Assembly (NCBI RefSeq): GCF_003003775.1
Contig: NZ_PVWJ01000089.1
Coordinates: 1 to 21,676, forward strand
DNA length: 21,676 bases
Direction of reading: 5' to 3'
Source: Merismopedia glauca CCAP 1448/3
GTDB taxonomy: Bacteria; Cyanobacteriota; Cyanobacteriia; Cyanobacteriales; CCAP-1448
The notes below the pieces were generated by a model. The model was given only the letters and a program-made list of their open reading frames with translations, made no database searches and was not told the DNA's origin. Positions 1 to 8,053 of the stretch are shown one piece after another. Numbering within the stretch: position 1 is the stretch's first letter; every line of letters starts with the position of its first letter. The position numbers and the translations under genes were made by a program.

Positions 1-140
1 GGACTAACAATGAACTGTGAGGGAGTGCCGATTAGTTGGTCTATCTGTTCTACTAATCCCATTTCATCACAGATTCCGGCGATGATTCCATAGTGGTTAA
101 GATCCTGTACTTTAATCTCAGATGCTTCAAAATTTCTCAT
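1..140 (-). mobile_element. N-terminal fragment (first 46 codons) of an IS4/IS1634-like transposase. The ORF begins at ATG 140..138 and runs off the left edge of the window.
   Basis: Reverse-strand translation MRNFEASEIKVQDLNHYGIIAGICDEMGLVEQIDQLIGTPSQFIVS. The motif LxHxGIIAGIxDExGLVExID matches the conserved N-terminus of a cyanobacterial IS4-group transposase family. Recognised from memory only. The other IS end is not in the window. Confidence 0.45.
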
Positions 141-201
141 CTTTTTAAAATACTGGATTTAGCGATCGCACCTGCGGAATCTGGGGTGTAAAATTAGTAG
201 G

Positions 202-849
202 TTACTTACGAGTAAGTTTGTTGACTTCTCCAACTTCCTGAGCAACTTTACCATTAGAGTTGTTGGAGTTGGAATTAGCATTGCGGGGTTGAAGTACTCC
301 ATAACCTCCATGATTGCGTTGGTAAATCACGTTGATATCTCCAGTTTCCGAGTTGCGGAACATATAAAAATCGTGATCTACTAGTTGTAATCGTTCTAAT
401 GCTTCTGCAATTCCCATTGGTGGCATGGCAAAATATTTGGTACGCACCACTTCTTCGGGAAGTTCGGGGGTGCGATCGCCAATCAAGTCTAATTCTACTG
501 GTTCTTCAGCGACAACTTCACTAGTTTTTACATGACTGCTAGTTTTTTGATCTAAACGTTTCTCTTTATATTTACGAAGTTTGCGAGCTATTTTATCAGC
601 TACCATATCAATACTGGCATATAAGTTTTCGCTGCCCTCTTGAGCGCGAATCACTGTGCCATTTGCATATATAGTTACTTCTGCTGTTTGTTTAGAACTG
701 ACTCGTGGGTTACGTGCTACAGACAGATGCACATCTACTTCACTAGTAATATTTTGGAAATGATTGACAGCTTTTTCTAGTTTCTGATGAACGTATTCGC
801 GGATGGCTTCGGTAACTTCGATATTTTTGCCGTGGATCACAAACTTCAT
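202..849 (-). CDS. hpf: Ribosome hibernation promoting factor, long form (light-repressed protein A, LrtA)
   Basis: 215 aa. N-terminal S30AE/RaiA domain ([20 protein letters not shown]...VDVHLSV...AEVTIYANG). C-terminal dimerisation domain ([48 protein letters not shown]). This is the typical cyanobacterial lrtA architecture. Confidence 0.85.
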   Translation of the reverse strand: MKFVIHGKNIEVTEAIREYVHQKLEKAVNHFQNITSEVDVHLSVARNPRVSSKQTAEVTIYANGTVIRAQEGSENLYASIDMVADKIARKLRKYKEKRLDQKTSSHVKTSEVVAEEPVELDLIGDRTPELPEEVVRTKYFAMPPMGIAEALERLQLVDHDFYMFRNSETGDINVIYQRNHGGYGVLQPRNANSNSNNSNGKVAQEVGEVNKLTRK

Positions 850-1525
850 ACAGCAATCTCCAGCTAACTACATTTAGGCAAACCCAACTTTTTTTGGTGA
901 GAATGAGTGGGTTTTGCTAGCTCAACTTTGTTTCGAGGATTAACACCTATCACAGTGAAGCTAGGTATTTAAGCGATCGAGAATCCACCTTAAAGGATCT
1001 TTTTGACAACCGGTTGGAAGGTGTGAATCTTTTCCTCTCTAGCTTTAGAGTAGCACTTTGTCTTGGGCACAACAGAGATGTCATGGTACTTGTCAAATTC
1101 CTTTGCATCCTTTGACATTTCTTCACATAACTTTGAAAAGTAAAAAGCAATACCTAGCCCCCACCACTCCCATTGGAGCAGCAGCAGCCAGGTATATTTA
1201 TCCAACTTAATTTATTTATTAAATTGAATTTATGGTTAAATAATAGCACAAATAAATACTAAATGCAAGTAAAACATTTAATAAAATCAAAATTTAACAA
1301 AATGTTTTAATTTAAAATTGATTTATCTAGATTTTAGTCAAATAGAAATTTAACCTAGCCAAAATAGATCTATTGTGTTACATTAAGTAGTAACTTAGTA
1401 ATACACAAGCAAAGCTATAGTTCGGGTTCTGCAATTCCCGACTGGTGCGCCAACCTGTGGATTGAGCGTATACCGCAAAGCGGTGGTTGTTACTTAAGGA
1501 ACCTCAGATTCACACTCTGATGGTT

Positions 1526-1602
1526 GTTTGATTAGCTCAGGTGGTTAGAGCAACCGACAAAGAATCGGTCTGACACGGGTTCAAATCCTGTATCAAACTC
1601 CA
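1526..1602 (+). tRNA. tRNA-like gene 1, 77 nt. Clean cloverleaf with genomically encoded CCA but a non-canonical anticodon loop (CAAAGAA, A at position 33). Identity not assignable.
   Basis: - Acceptor GTTTGAT/ATCAAAC, 7 bp perfect
- U8 and A9 present
- D-stem GCTC/GAGC with loop AGGTGGTTA
- Anticodon stem ACCGA/TCGGT
- 5-nt variable loop
- T-stem ACGGG/CCTGT with T-loop TTCAAAT
- Discriminator T followed by CCA
- The loop lacks the near-universal U33. The nominal anticodon AAG does not fit a class-I tRNA identity. Confidence 0.55.
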
Positions 1603-1608
1603 AAAAAA

Positions 1609-1684
1609 CGAAAATTAGCTCATCTGGTAGAGCAGTTGGTGTATCGCCAACCTGTAGTAGGTTCAATTCCTACATTTTCAACCA
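1609..1684 (+). tRNA. tRNA-like gene 2, 76 nt, lying 6 nt after gene 1. Encoded CCA and a non-canonical anticodon loop (TGTATCG, G33 and C37; nominal anticodon TAT).
   Basis: - Acceptor CGAAAAT/ATTTTCA, with the first pair a C-A mismatch
- D-stem GCTC/GAGC with loop ATCTGGTA
- Anticodon stem GTTGG/CCAAC
- T-stem GTAGG/CCTAC with T-loop TTCAATT
- Discriminator A then CCA
- A 6-nt A-rich spacer separates it from tRNA-like 1, the tight spacing typical of cyanobacterial tRNA arrays. Confidence 0.5.
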
Positions 1685-1740
1685 AAACCCTCGCCCTGGG
1701 TACGGGCACCTTATTGAGGATAAGGCTAAATCACTTTTTT

Positions 1741-1790
1741 TATGGTATGGGAGAAATCCCTAGATGGTTCGAGTCCATTATGTTACGCAA
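1741..1790 (+). other. tRNA-like 3' fragment or pseudogene. A variable-arm-like hairpin is followed by a canonical T-arm and an acceptor 3' strand, but no matching 5' half.
   Basis: GGGAGAAATCCC hairpin at 1749..1760. T-arm GATGG-TTCGAGT-CCATT at 1763..1779 (classic GGTTCGAGTCC T-loop). Then ATGTTAC-G-CAA with no CCA. No complementary 5' acceptor strand is visible upstream. A T7 run sits at 1734..1740. Confidence 0.25.
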
Positions 1791-2012
1791 ACTCTGCGGT
1801 GTAAGTATGTGCGAAACAGCCAGTGCAAGTTGCACTTCTATTAAATTTGAGTATGTCCTTCCTGTCAGGGAACGGCATATTTGAGCAAGCCTTACCCTTG
1901 TGGTAACACCACGAGGTGCAGGATACTCTTAATCCAGTTTGGTAGAAACTTCTGCCCGCTTTATAGCTCAAAATACTTGCATTTGCAGAGTTTACAACTA
2001 CTCTGGCATTTT

Positions 2013-2026
2013 ACTTCTGACTTCTG
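2013..2026. repeat. STRR heptamer tandem, CTTCTGA x2, in the SPFH gene leader
   Basis: ACTTCTGACTTCTG. The same heptamer recurs at 6609..6627 (x2.5, upstream of the histidine kinase) and at 10091..10107. Confidence 0.5.
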
Positions 2027-2069
2027 CGATATCTGTGACAAGGCGATCGCCTTTCCCAAAATAACACTA

Positions 2070-3641
2070 ATGCGTTTACCTAACTTATGGCAGAAATTAA
2101 AACTGCCTAATATTTCTATGTGGAACAGTTTTTACATTAAACCGAATGAAATCGGGATTTTATACCACCGCAGCGACTTTAAAAGAATTTTACAGCCAGG
2201 TACTTATAATTACTTCGGCAGACACTGGCGGGTAGAAAAATACGATCTCAACCAAGCAGAAGCTGAAATAGACAACTTAGAATTGCTGCTTCGTACTCGC
2301 GCTGCTGAATTAAATCCTCATTTGCTGATTATGCAAACTGGGTTTAATCAAGTTGCATTAGTCCAATACGGTCAATCTTGGCTGACCATATTACCAAATC
2401 AAACGCGGGCATTTTGGCGCGGCTTTTTAGAACTCCAATCTCACACTTTTAATCTAGATGAAAGTTTAGAACTTCCTCAAGAGTTTGTCGAACGAATTCG
2501 AGGAATCAGCCTTTACGGGGTGAAGAAATTCCAAATTGCTGAATCGGAGATTGGATTATTGTACGTCCAAAACAACTTTGTGCGTCCTTTGGAACCAGGA
2601 GAATATGCATTTTGGAGTGTAAATCGAGATGTAGCGGTGCGTACCCTAAGCCAGATTGTACCCAATCCCGACTTTCCCCAAGAAGAAGTGCTAATGGAAA
2701 AGCACCCCGAATTTGTGGCTAATTACTGCCAAGTGGTGCAATTAGAACCAGATAAAGTTGCAATAGTCCGCTACCAAGGAAAAGTCATATCTATCCTTCC
2801 TCCCGCTAGTCGCAAACTCTTTTGGCGCGGTGTAGAGATCGAAATAGTTGACATCAGTAGCGATCCGAAATTACCACAGAACTTGGTTGCTGAATTAGCG
2901 ATTAATTTGCCAAATGCGGTGACTGCTACTCAACGCTGTTTACACGTTTGCGAAGTTTCCGCGCAACACGTCGGTTTGCTTTACATCAACCAAGAGTTTC
3001 AGCAATTGCTAGAACCTGGAATCCATGCTTGGTGGACATTCGGACGTTCTTGGAAAACTCCTGTTTTTGACTTGCGCCAGCAAAACTTAGAAGTATCTGG
3101 TCAAGATATCTTATCTCAAGATAAAGTACCTTTGCGGGTCAATCTAACTGCTGGATTCCGCATTGTAGATCCTCTGAAAGCCGAAAACGGTTTATCTGAC
3201 TTCACCAACTACTTATACAAAGAGTTGCAATTCGCCTTGCGGGGTGCAGTAGGTGAAAAAAAACTTGATACTTTACTAGAAGACAAGGGAGCTATAGATA
3301 AAAGCATTGCCGATTATATTCGGGAGAAAACCAGCGAATATGGAATTATCGTAGATTCCGTTGGGGTGAAAGATATCATTCTACCTGGAGAAATCAAGAA
3401 TATCTTGAGTAAAGTAGTAGAAGCCGAAAAAGCTGCTCAAGCCAACGTTATCCGTCGGCGAGAAGAAACTGCGGCAACTCGCAGTATGCTGAATACTGCT
3501 AAAGTCATGGAAGATAACCCTGTCGCTTTGCGGCTGAAGGAATTGGAAATCTTAGAACGGATTGCCGAAAAAATCGATAAAATTCAGGTTAATGGCAGTT
3601 TAGACAGTATCTTGACTGACTTAATCCAAATTAATCGGTAA
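2070..3641 (+). CDS. SPFH/band-7 (stomatin/prohibitin/flotillin/HflKC superfamily) protein, 523 aa. Two degenerate N-terminal SPFH-like segments precede one complete SPFH domain and a coiled-coil tail.
   Basis: The C-terminal half (VSGQDILSQDKVPLRVNLTAGFRIVDPLKA...IIVDSVGVKDIILPGEIKNILSKVVEAEKAAQANVIRRREETAA...) is a typical SPFH core plus a Glu/Ala-rich helix. The SPFH-opening motif E-[IV]-G-[IL]-LY...L-[EQ]PG...[FW] occurs three times: NEIGILYHRSDFKRILQPGTYNYF, SEIGLLYVQNNFVRPLEPGEYAFW and QHVGLLYINQEFQQLLEPGIHAWW. I chose the start at ATG 2070 (MRLPNLW). The ORF track opens at 1881, but the first 63 codons are low-complexity and look like leader sequence. Confidence 0.8.
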   Translation: MRLPNLWQKLKLPNISMWNSFYIKPNEIGILYHRSDFKRILQPGTYNYFGRHWRVEKYDLNQAEAEIDNLELLLRTRAAELNPHLLIMQTGFNQVALVQYGQSWLTILPNQTRAFWRGFLELQSHTFNLDESLELPQEFVERIRGISLYGVKKFQIAESEIGLLYVQNNFVRPLEPGEYAFWSVNRDVAVRTLSQIVPNPDFPQEEVLMEKHPEFVANYCQVVQLEPDKVAIVRYQGKVISILPPASRKLFWRGVEIEIVDISSDPKLPQNLVAELAINLPNAVTATQRCLHVCEVSAQHVGLLYINQEFQQLLEPGIHAWWTFGRSWKTPVFDLRQQNLEVSGQDILSQDKVPLRVNLTAGFRIVDPLKAENGLSDFTNYLYKELQFALRGAVGEKKLDTLLEDKGAIDKSIADYIREKTSEYGIIVDSVGVKDIILPGEIKNILSKVVEAEKAAQANVIRRREETAATRSMLNTAKVMEDNPVALRLKELEILERIAEKIDKIQVNGSLDSILTDLIQINR

Positions 3642-3705
3642 TGAAGCGATCAAAAGTGAAGATTTGAGCGGAATTTGGGATGGCGAACAAGTTTTGGTAA
3701 AAACG

Positions 3706-3748
3706 ACTATAATTAAAATAAGCTGCTAATTATAGTTAGTTTTGCTTT
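3706..3748 (+). terminator. Candidate intrinsic terminator downstream of the SPFH gene
   Basis: Perfect 10-bp inverted repeat ACTATAATTA (3706..3715) / TAATTATAGT (3727..3736) with an 11-nt loop, then a T-rich tract TAGTTTTGCTTT. The stem is AT-rich, so stability is modest. Confidence 0.3.
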
Positions 3749-3795
3749 AACCATTACCCATCAGCCACTCCCAGATATTGAGGTAACCAATCGCT

Positions 3796-4758
3796 GTGTT
3801 TACTAGTGCTATTGCCCACAAAAACCAACTAATTCCCCAAGATTTATTTGCGGCAATTGAATCCCTCAAAAAAGACTTAAATGCCATTATTTTAGCACAT
3901 TATTATCAAGAATCAGACATTCAAGATATTGCTGATTATATTGGAGATTCTTTAGAGTTATCCCGCAAAGCTGCTAATACAAATGCAGATGTAATTGTCT
4001 TTGCTGGGGTACACTTTATGGCAGAAACGGCGAAGATTCTCAACCCTCATAAATTAGTTTTATTACCAGATTTAGAAGCCGGTTGTTCCCTCGCAGATAC
4101 CTGTCCGCCAAAGGAATTTGCGGCTTTTAAAGCTGCTCATCCCGGACATATCGTCATTTCTTACATTAATTGCTCTGCCGAAATTAAGGCAATGAGTGAT
4201 ATTATTTGTACTAGTTCTAATGCAGTTAAATTAGTTCAACAGATACCAGAATCACAGCCAATAATTTTTGCTCCAGATCGAAACTTAGGGCGATATGTGA
4301 TGCAGGAAACTGGGAGAGATTTAGTATTATGGCAAGGTGCTTGTATCGTTCACGAAAACTTTTCTGAAAAGAAGATCGTTCAACTGAAGATTCAACATCC
4401 GCAAGCTCAAGTAATCGCTCATCCTGAATGTGAAGAACCAGTATTACGCCATGCTGATTTTATCGGTTCTACTAGTGCTTTACTAAATTTTGTGCAGCAA
4501 AATTCTGCTCAAGAATTTATCGTAGTTACTGAACCAGGAATCATCCATCAAATGCACAAAAAAGCACCAGATAAAGAGTTAATTCCTGCCCCTCCTATTA
4601 GTAATTGTGCTTGTAACGAATGTCCTTTCATGAAATTGAATACTTTGGAGAAACTTTACTTAGCGATGAAAAATAAGTCTCCAGAGATAACTTTATCAGA
4701 AGACATTCGGGTGCGCGCCTTAAAGCCGATTCAAAGAATGCTAGAGATGAGCAAATAA
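3796..4758 (+). CDS. nadA: Quinolinate synthase A
   Basis: 320 aa, GTG start. Hallmarks seen:
- ILAHYYQ
- [11 protein letters not shown]
- the three Cys ligands CSLADTC, CSAEIK and CIVHE
- HPEC
- C-terminal [11 protein letters not shown]. Confidence 0.9.
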   Translation: MFTSAIAHKNQLIPQDLFAAIESLKKDLNAIILAHYYQESDIQDIADYIGDSLELSRKAANTNADVIVFAGVHFMAETAKILNPHKLVLLPDLEAGCSLADTCPPKEFAAFKAAHPGHIVISYINCSAEIKAMSDIICTSSNAVKLVQQIPESQPIIFAPDRNLGRYVMQETGRDLVLWQGACIVHENFSEKKIVQLKIQHPQAQVIAHPECEEPVLRHADFIGSTSALLNFVQQNSAQEFIVVTEPGIIHQMHKKAPDKELIPAPPISNCACNECPFMKLNTLEKLYLAMKNKSPEITLSEDIRVRALKPIQRMLEMSK

Positions 4759-4931
4759 GATCGTCAGAAGTCATTTGTACGATCGCCGTCAATATACTTG
4801 TGACAGCACTGCCTACAGCAAAGGCGATCGCTCTTTAAGTAACTTTAATTTATCCCCCTACTTTCTCCAGTAAATTTATCGTTTTTGACAAACAATATCT
4901 TAAAATTTTGTATAGATAAATTTACCTTGAG

Positions 4932-5588
4932 ATGGCTTTAGTGAATTTTCCTCAAAAGTGTCTAATTATTTTTACCAGATATCCAGAGTCTGGTCAAACA
5001 AAAACTCGGTTGATTCCAGCTTTGGGAGCAGATGGTGCAGCTAAACTACAGCGTTTGATGACTAAATATGCTATCTTACAAGCGCAGCAATTACAATCTA
5101 ATTACCCTGTAAATATTGAAGTTCATTACAGTGGTGGCAACTCACAATTAATGTCAGATTGGCTGGGTAAAAATTTAATCTATAAACCGCAAGTTAAAGG
5201 CGATATTGGTGTAAAAATGTCTATGGCTTTGGCTACAGCTTTTAGTCAAGGTTATAAATCGGTGGTAATTATTGGTACTGATTGTCCTAGTTTAGATCGA
5301 AGCATTATTAAACAGGCTTTTGATTTATTAGAAGGAACAGATGTCGTTTTAGGTTCTGCTGCTGATGGGGGATACTATTTAATTGGCTTAAATAAGTTGA
5401 TTCCTGAACTATTTAGATCGGTTGAATGGAGTACTTCAAAAGTATTTAATAGAACTGTCGAAATTGCCAGTCAGTTACACTTGAAAATTAGCTATCTTCC
5501 GACACTTTTTGATATAGATCGCCCTGAAGATTTAGAATTTTTGAAAAATAACCCCGCCTACCAACAAATACTAAGTAGAACGGCGTAA
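4932..5588 (+). CDS. TIGR04282/DUF2064 family nucleotidyltransferase-fold glycosyltransferase, the so-called arsenosugar-biosynthesis GT partner A
   Basis: 218 aa. Family motifs present:
- IIFTRYPESGQTKTRL
- IGTDCPSL
- VLGSAADGGYYLIGL
- EWSTSKVF
- DIDRPEDL. Confidence 0.8.
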   Translation: MALVNFPQKCLIIFTRYPESGQTKTRLIPALGADGAAKLQRLMTKYAILQAQQLQSNYPVNIEVHYSGGNSQLMSDWLGKNLIYKPQVKGDIGVKMSMALATAFSQGYKSVVIIGTDCPSLDRSIIKQAFDLLEGTDVVLGSAADGGYYLIGLNKLIPELFRSVEWSTSKVFNRTVEIASQLHLKISYLPTLFDIDRPEDLEFLKNNPAYQQILSRTA

Positions 5589-5598
5589 TTAAACTGTG

Positions 5599-5790
5599 TT
5601 GGCTGGGCGGGTTTTGGATAAACGGAAACTGTTATACCGTATGAATCTAAAGAGGGCGGGTTTGATTTGATATCGATAGCTTCGGCTGAATTGGCTGGCA
5701 AAACCCGCCCCTACAAACCCGCACGGTTGCTATTGGCGTAGCCTGCCGTAGGCATAAGTCTGCCGTGCAACGCCAGACTCGCAACTTCCC
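5599..5790. repeat. GC-rich structured intergenic element between the two glycosyltransferase genes. It may belong to a dispersed repeat family or encode an ncRNA.
   Basis: GGGCGGGTTTTG (5605..5616) is repeated directly as GGGCGGGTTTG (5654..5664) and inverted as CAAAACCCGCCC (5699..5710). Both arms are preceded by TTGGCTGG (5599 and 5691). Further GC-rich near-palindromes follow: GCGTAGCCTGCCGTAGGC, TGCCGTGCAACGCCAGACTCGC. GC content is well above the roughly 40% of flanking DNA. Similar motifs (CGTAGGCA, TGCAACCGCCAG) recur at 15040..15102. Confidence 0.4.
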
Positions 5791-5848
5791 CTACAATCTG
5801 CTTGTGTTTAATTGTGTCCATTTACTTAAACTTCCATATTTTACCTGA

Positions 5849-6514
5849 ATGATTTCTGTAATTATCCCAGTGCTTAATGAAGCTAAAAATATCAAAAATA
5901 TCCTGATTCTTTTATTAGATAATCCCCAAATAGAAATAATAGTAGTTGATGGTGGTAGTGAAGATAAAACTGTAGAAATAGTTGAAGAAATGGGAGTCAA
6001 AGTTGTTAGTGCAGAGCGCGGACGTGCCAAACAAATGAACTTAGGAGCATCAGTAGCTCAGGGAGATATTTTACTATTTCTCCATGCAGATACTCAGTTA
6101 CCTTTAGGGTTTGAAAAGTTAGTTATTCAAGCGTTATCTCAACCACAAATAGTAGCTGGTGCTTTTAGTTTAAAAATAGCTTCAAAGTTGTGGGGAATTA
6201 AACTAATTGAAAAGATGGTAAATGTGCGATCGCAACTCTTCCAATTACCCTACGGCGATCAAGCTATATTTATTTCCCAAGATTGGTTTCAAAAAGTTGG
6301 TGGTTTTCCAGATTTGCCAATTATGGAAGACTTTGAATTGATTGTAAGATTGAAAAAACTGGGAAAAATTGCGATCGTTTCTACTCCTGTAATTACCTCA
6401 GCTAGACGATGGGAAAAATTGGGAGTGTGGAAAACAACTTTAATTAACCAGCAGATAATTATGGCTTACTTTTTGGGGATTTCTCCTCAAAAAATAGCCC
6501 TCTGGTACAAGTAA
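5849..6514 (+). CDS. TIGR04283-type GT2 family glycosyltransferase, arsenosugar-biosynthesis GT partner B
   Basis: 221 aa. Family motifs present:
- IIPVLNEAKNI
- EIIVVDGGSEDKT
- GRAKQMNLGA
- GDILLFLHADTQLP
- PYGDQAIFISQDWFQKVGGFPDLPIMEDFELI
- TSARRWEKLGVWKTTLINQ. Confidence 0.8.
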   Translation: MISVIIPVLNEAKNIKNILILLLDNPQIEIIVVDGGSEDKTVEIVEEMGVKVVSAERGRAKQMNLGASVAQGDILLFLHADTQLPLGFEKLVIQALSQPQIVAGAFSLKIASKLWGIKLIEKMVNVRSQLFQLPYGDQAIFISQDWFQKVGGFPDLPIMEDFELIVRLKKLGKIAIVSTPVITSARRWEKLGVWKTTLINQQIIMAYFLGISPQKIALWYK

Positions 6515-6634
6515 GAGATAGTTAAAAATAACAAGGAGACAAGGAGAATGTTTCAGCGAATGCTTATCTGACTCAACAATATACAATTTAGAACCGCAGC
6601 AGCTTATTACTTCTGACTTCTGACTTCATTAAAT

Positions 6635-8029
6635 ATGTTTCAAGCGACTCGCAGACGTTTAGCTATTTGGTATACAACTATTACGGCTGTAGTTTTATTG
6701 CTATTTGCTACGGGTGTGTATATGTATGTTCGTAACACCTTAGTCGAGAGGGTAGATGATACATTAAATCATGTGGTTGAAGTGATGAAGCGATCGCTCG
6801 CTGTTGAACCTGCCAGAAATCCCAAAAATGGCTGGAAAATTAATGTAGAAGCGAGTTTTCGCGATAATGCTAATTCTCAAGACGACGACCGTATCGATAT
6901 TGAGTGGTTTAGTCCAACTGGAGAACTATTGTGGTCAACTTTATCCCAACCCTTAGCAATTCCGATTCATCCCAACTCTACAGGAGAAACCGTACGCATT
7001 CCTGCTCCAGATGCTATAAATGATGAATCTTCTCTATTTTTAAGGCAAGTTACTGAAAGAGTCGAAATTGGACGACAAGTTTTAGGCTACCTGCGGGTGA
7101 GTCATCCTTGGTTTGAAGTGACTAAACCCAGTCGCGAATTGATTGTAGATTTAACTTTTGGAACGTTAGCAATGGTGGGTTCTGTAGCTGCAATCGGCTG
7201 GTTTTTGTCAGGAATTGCGATAGAACCAGTTAAAGAATCCTATCAACGCCTCAAACAATTTACTTCTGACGCTTCTCACGAGTTAAGAAGTCCCATCGCG
7301 ATTATTCAAACTAACGTCCAAGTGGCTCTAGCTGAGTCTGACTCTCTGGAACCTTGGCAACAGCAGCAATTACAAGTTATTGAACGATTAACTCGCAGAT
7401 TAGGCAAATTAGTTGACGATCTACTTTTTTTAGCCAGACAAGATAGCGGCATCGTTCAACCCGCAGTTGCACCAGTTCCCCTAGATGCTTTGCTGATGGA
7501 AACCATTGAAGAACAACAGCTAGCAGCTAAAACTAAAGATATCTCTATCCATCTAGAAATAGTAGATCCAGACAAACCTGCTTCAGAAGATGATTTTACG
7601 ATTCCAGGAGATTGGGATCGCCTAGCACGGCTATTTACCAACTTAATTAGCAATGCGATCGCCTATACCCCAAAAGCCACACCTCCTCTAGTCAAATGTC
7701 CAATTCTAGTTGAATTACAACGTTTAGGGAGTCCTAACTATGAATATCTACAAGTCAAAGTCAAAGATAGAGGGATTGGGATTCCTCAAGATGCGATTCC
7801 CCACCTATTCGATCGCTTCTATCGAGTCGATCCAGCCCGTAAAAGGAGTCAAGATCCCGCCCAAATTGTTGAATCTCCGAGCTTGAGGCGAGAAAATACA
7901 GGTGGTTCCGGTTTAGGATTAGCTATCGCCGCCGCTATCGTTGCTAGCTATCAAGGTCAAATTCAAATTGACAGCCAATTACATCAAGGAACCACTGTTA
8001 CTGTTACCTTACCAGTCAATCAAAGATAA
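6635..8029 (+). CDS. Membrane sensor histidine kinase with two transmembrane segments and a periplasmic loop. It is an orphan, with no response regulator adjacent.
   Basis: 464 aa. TM1 is LAIWYTTITAVVLLLFATGVYMYV and TM2 is LTFGTLAMVGSVAAIGWFLSGIAI. H-box SHELRSPIAII, N-box NLISNAIAYT, G1 DRGIGIPQDAIPHLFDRFYRVD, G2 GGSGLGLAIAAAIV. Confidence 0.85.
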   Translation: MFQATRRRLAIWYTTITAVVLLLFATGVYMYVRNTLVERVDDTLNHVVEVMKRSLAVEPARNPKNGWKINVEASFRDNANSQDDDRIDIEWFSPTGELLWSTLSQPLAIPIHPNSTGETVRIPAPDAINDESSLFLRQVTERVEIGRQVLGYLRVSHPWFEVTKPSRELIVDLTFGTLAMVGSVAAIGWFLSGIAIEPVKESYQRLKQFTSDASHELRSPIAIIQTNVQVALAESDSLEPWQQQQLQVIERLTRRLGKLVDDLLFLARQDSGIVQPAVAPVPLDALLMETIEEQQLAAKTKDISIHLEIVDPDKPASEDDFTIPGDWDRLARLFTNLISNAIAYTPKATPPLVKCPILVELQRLGSPNYEYLQVKVKDRGIGIPQDAIPHLFDRFYRVDPARKRSQDPAQIVESPSLRRENTGGSGLGLAIAAAIVASYQGQIQIDSQLHQGTTVTVTLPVNQR

Positions 8030-8053
8030 GCGATCGCGCGAATTAAGAGTAAT

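Noticed and set aside
950-1205. ORFs 950..1150 (-, 66 aa) and 990..1205 (-, 71 aa) as full-length genes
   Set aside because: They overlap one another in different frames. Only the 42-codon internal segment from ATG 1118 looks protein-like, and it is kept as a low-confidence finding. The longer N-terminal extension (MDKYTWLLLLQWEWWGLGIAFYF) runs through a CTGCTGCTGC low-complexity tract.
1400-1475. Possible additional tRNA 3' fragment (TCGGG-TTCTGCAATT-CCCGA-CTGGTGC-G-CCA)
   Set aside because: The candidate T-loop is 10 nt rather than 7. There is no D-arm and no 5' acceptor strand, so it is too weak to call. It might be a decayed array member.
1636-1971. ORFs 1636..1884 (+, 82 aa) and 1783..1971 (-, 62 aa)
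   Set aside because: Both overlap the tRNA-like genes and the structured leader. Their products are Cys/Arg-rich with no protein-like composition. They are explained by the RNA features.
1881-2069. 5' extension of the SPFH ORF (63 extra codons from 1881)
   Set aside because: The translation (MSKPYPCGNTTRCRILLIQFGRNFCPLYSS...) is Cys/Leu-rich and low-complexity. It contains STRR heptamers and a HIP1 site. Open frame by chance, so ATG 2070 is preferred.
5791-6030. ORF 5791..6030 (-, 79 aa)
   Set aside because: It is antisense to the well-supported GT2 gene, and its Ser/Thr/Ile-rich product looks like the shadow frame of an AT-rich coding strand.
7456-7653. ORF 7456..7653 (-, 65 aa)
   Set aside because: Antisense shadow ORF inside the histidine kinase gene.
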